A stretch of 63,794 nucleotides of DNA, counting the filler, from Polymyxa betae A26-41 (Eukaryota > Protista > Endomyxa: Phytomyxea), in the NCBI GenBank assembly GCA_003693705.1. It is 5 parts of 5 records of this genome, joined end to end, with 100 filler letters (N's around TTAATTAATTAA, not from the genome) between each part and the next. Parts side by side here need not be neighbours in the genome. Positions count along the whole stretch, not along the records: positions 61,881 to 63,794 come from RBZT01000084.1; 4 more parts are not named here. One strand, 5' to 3'. The translations under genes were made by a program, and so were the position numbers. Numbering within the stretch: the stretch's first letter is position 1; every line of letters starts with the position of its first letter. Below, in pieces: positions 61,881 to 63,794 of the stretch. The notes below the pieces were generated by a model that saw nothing but the letters and a program-made list of their open reading frames with translations, ran no database searches and was not told where the DNA came from.

Positions 61881-63589
61881 CGGAGACGAGATGAGAAACG
61901 TATGAATTTTGGAGTTGATCGGAATGGTTGCGTGGAGGCCGCTCCTCGCCATTCATAGTAGGGAGACGAGGGGACCCGCGCAGTCCGTGACAGTTAGGGC
62001 TCTTCCCCTATAGGAATCGTCAGCAGGGGCGCAGCCCTCTGCGCAGCCCCTCAGGAAGGGCCAGTACGACTGCCTGGTGGTCGGCTGGGCGGCTGCGAGT
62101 ACTGTCATGCTCAATGGGCATGACACCGCGCCCTAAAATTGCAGCTCCTGTTCTTTGTGCTTGCCGTTACAGCACAGTGGTGATTTTCCACGCTTTATTT
62201 CTCCTTTCATTCTATTTTCAATACTTCGGAAGGTTTATTCCGCTCAGACTTTCTGTGTGTTGAATCCAGGATCATCTCAATTGGCAGGTTAGATATTGGG
62301 AAATTTGAGAAGATTGCATCGGGTGTATTTCCCCAGAGAGAATTTGTTCGTATAAAATATGTCGTCCTCGTTAGTGGATATCCACATGCAACTAGAAGCC
62401 GATGCCAAGGCTGCGGCCGATGCTTATCTCAATGCCGCCCCCGATACTCCTAATCTCGGACGCCTGCGTGAAGTCCTCGACGTCGCCAACGCCGCCGCCG
62501 CCCGCGCCCTGGCCGCTCTACAGACCTGTCGCCCTCCTGCCCCTGCCCCATCTTGTACGTTTGCAGTATGTTTCACAAAAGTTTTACTGGTAAAGTTTCT
62601 GTTTATATATGTTATATTGATGATATCCACTTGAATTACTTGTGATTATCATTTGATACGAGTCATGTTAATAAAATCAATCTTGCTATTTTTCAAGTGT
62701 TTCATTATCATTTAATACAAATCGAGCTCAGTTGCCAAAACCCGGCAAATTTCATCCATTTTCTTTTCCGATCTTGTGTTTATTTTTATTAATACTGCTA
62801 CAGTTGAGGCGACCTTAAACCAACAGTTTTAATATAGGAAATCCCCTGGGTCTATTGGGGCCTCTGGAAAATCCTAACAGAAACTTTTGATAAACCAAAT
62901 CGATTGCATTTGACCTTCCCAACATATGTAGTTAAGAGGAAAAAAAATGTAAGTATTTGCGGAGGCTGTGATGGAGGCCGCGTTTGTATGGGCTTCTGAT
63001 AGAGTTTTCGAGTTGCGACTTGTATGGAGAAATCAATGATCTGTTCAGTGGCGGCAGCTTGTGAAGGGGCATCTTTCTAACTGGAGCGGCCTTCTCCAGG
63101 GACATCGGTGATGGGTCACGTAGCCGTCTCCGTGCATCGGCCCATGCAGCTAAACGAGAACCGCGATCTATTAGCAAAACAAGAAATTTTAAAGGAACAT
63201 AAGTCTCTTCTGAAGGCAACCTTCTATTTTCCTCGGGAACGTACAGTACCGTAGACTCTCTAATAGTTTATATCGCCCGTAGACGCAGTTTATACAGAAT
63301 ATCAGAGATTATTAGATAATAGAATGTTCTTGGAATGTCTAAAAATAGACGCTTCCAGTCGCGCGGTTTTCCTGGATATCTTGGTGCTCGAAATGGCCTC
63401 TGTTTCAACTCTGGCATTGTCTCTGCAGTCTCGATTCTATAACATGGAAGCTTCAGACGAATCATTCTCATCGTATAGCGACGATCTCTGGCTGTCTGAC
63501 TCCTCCGACAGTGATGACGTTCCGGATATACCTCAAAACTGTTCTGTACCACGAATGAGTGAAGAAATTGTTCCTGATCGTCGATTATC

Positions 63590-63770
63590 CAAAAAACTGA
63601 CGAATGATCAACGCAATCAAATTTCATCATATTTTCGCGACAGCCCTAAAATGAAGCAAGGCGAGCTCATTGCATGGACAAGAGTCCAATTCGGAGTTTC
63701 TGTCAGCCAAGGGACAATTTCCAAAATTTTAACGGCAAACCCGCAAAGAAAGCCCGGAATTCTGACCCAT
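63590..63770 (+). pseudogene. pogo/CENP-B N-terminal HTH fragment
   Basis: KKLTNDQRNQISSYFRDSPKMKQGELIAWTRVQFGVSVSQGTISKIL. Confidence 0.65.
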
Positions 63771-63794
63771 AGGTGTCATGAATCTGCGCTACTT

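Noticed and set aside
61990-62030. Hammerhead-like CTGACGA plus hairpin on the minus strand
   Set aside because: The required GAAA after stem II is absent (GAAG/GAGC) and there is no convincing stem III

Overview
Eukaryotic, intron-containing, transposon-dense genomic DNA. It comes from five contigs joined by artificial 100-bp spacers (44 N + TTAATTAATTAA + 44 N). Scattered TTTTAGGG-type motifs, oomycete/protist-like transposon families and many signal-peptide genes suggest a plant-parasitic protist such as a plasmodiophorid; this is inference only. Host genes: a spliced EngA/Der double GTPase, tRNA-Glu(TTC), intron-containing tRNA-Lys(CTT), and a cluster of candidate secreted proteins. That cluster holds a PTEE-repeat mucin-like protein, a paralogous Cys-domain family, a large pseudo-GTPase/helical-repeat protein, and two tandem signal peptide + F-box proteins. 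Mobile DNA: several Ty3/Gypsy and Copia remnants, a Crypton tyrosine-recombinase element, Harbinger, pogo, Tc1/IS630 and CACTA remnants, MITEs, and a Penelope-like retroelement. Most notable: (1) an endonuclease-less Penelope-like element that looks circularly permuted around a hammerhead ribozyme; (2) a Cys/His domain shared by the Crypton C-terminus and a secreted, NLS-bearing protein family; (3) secreted F-box genes with an ATGA stop/start overlap; (4) a TSD-flanked snap-back mini-chromovirus inserted in one of those genes.
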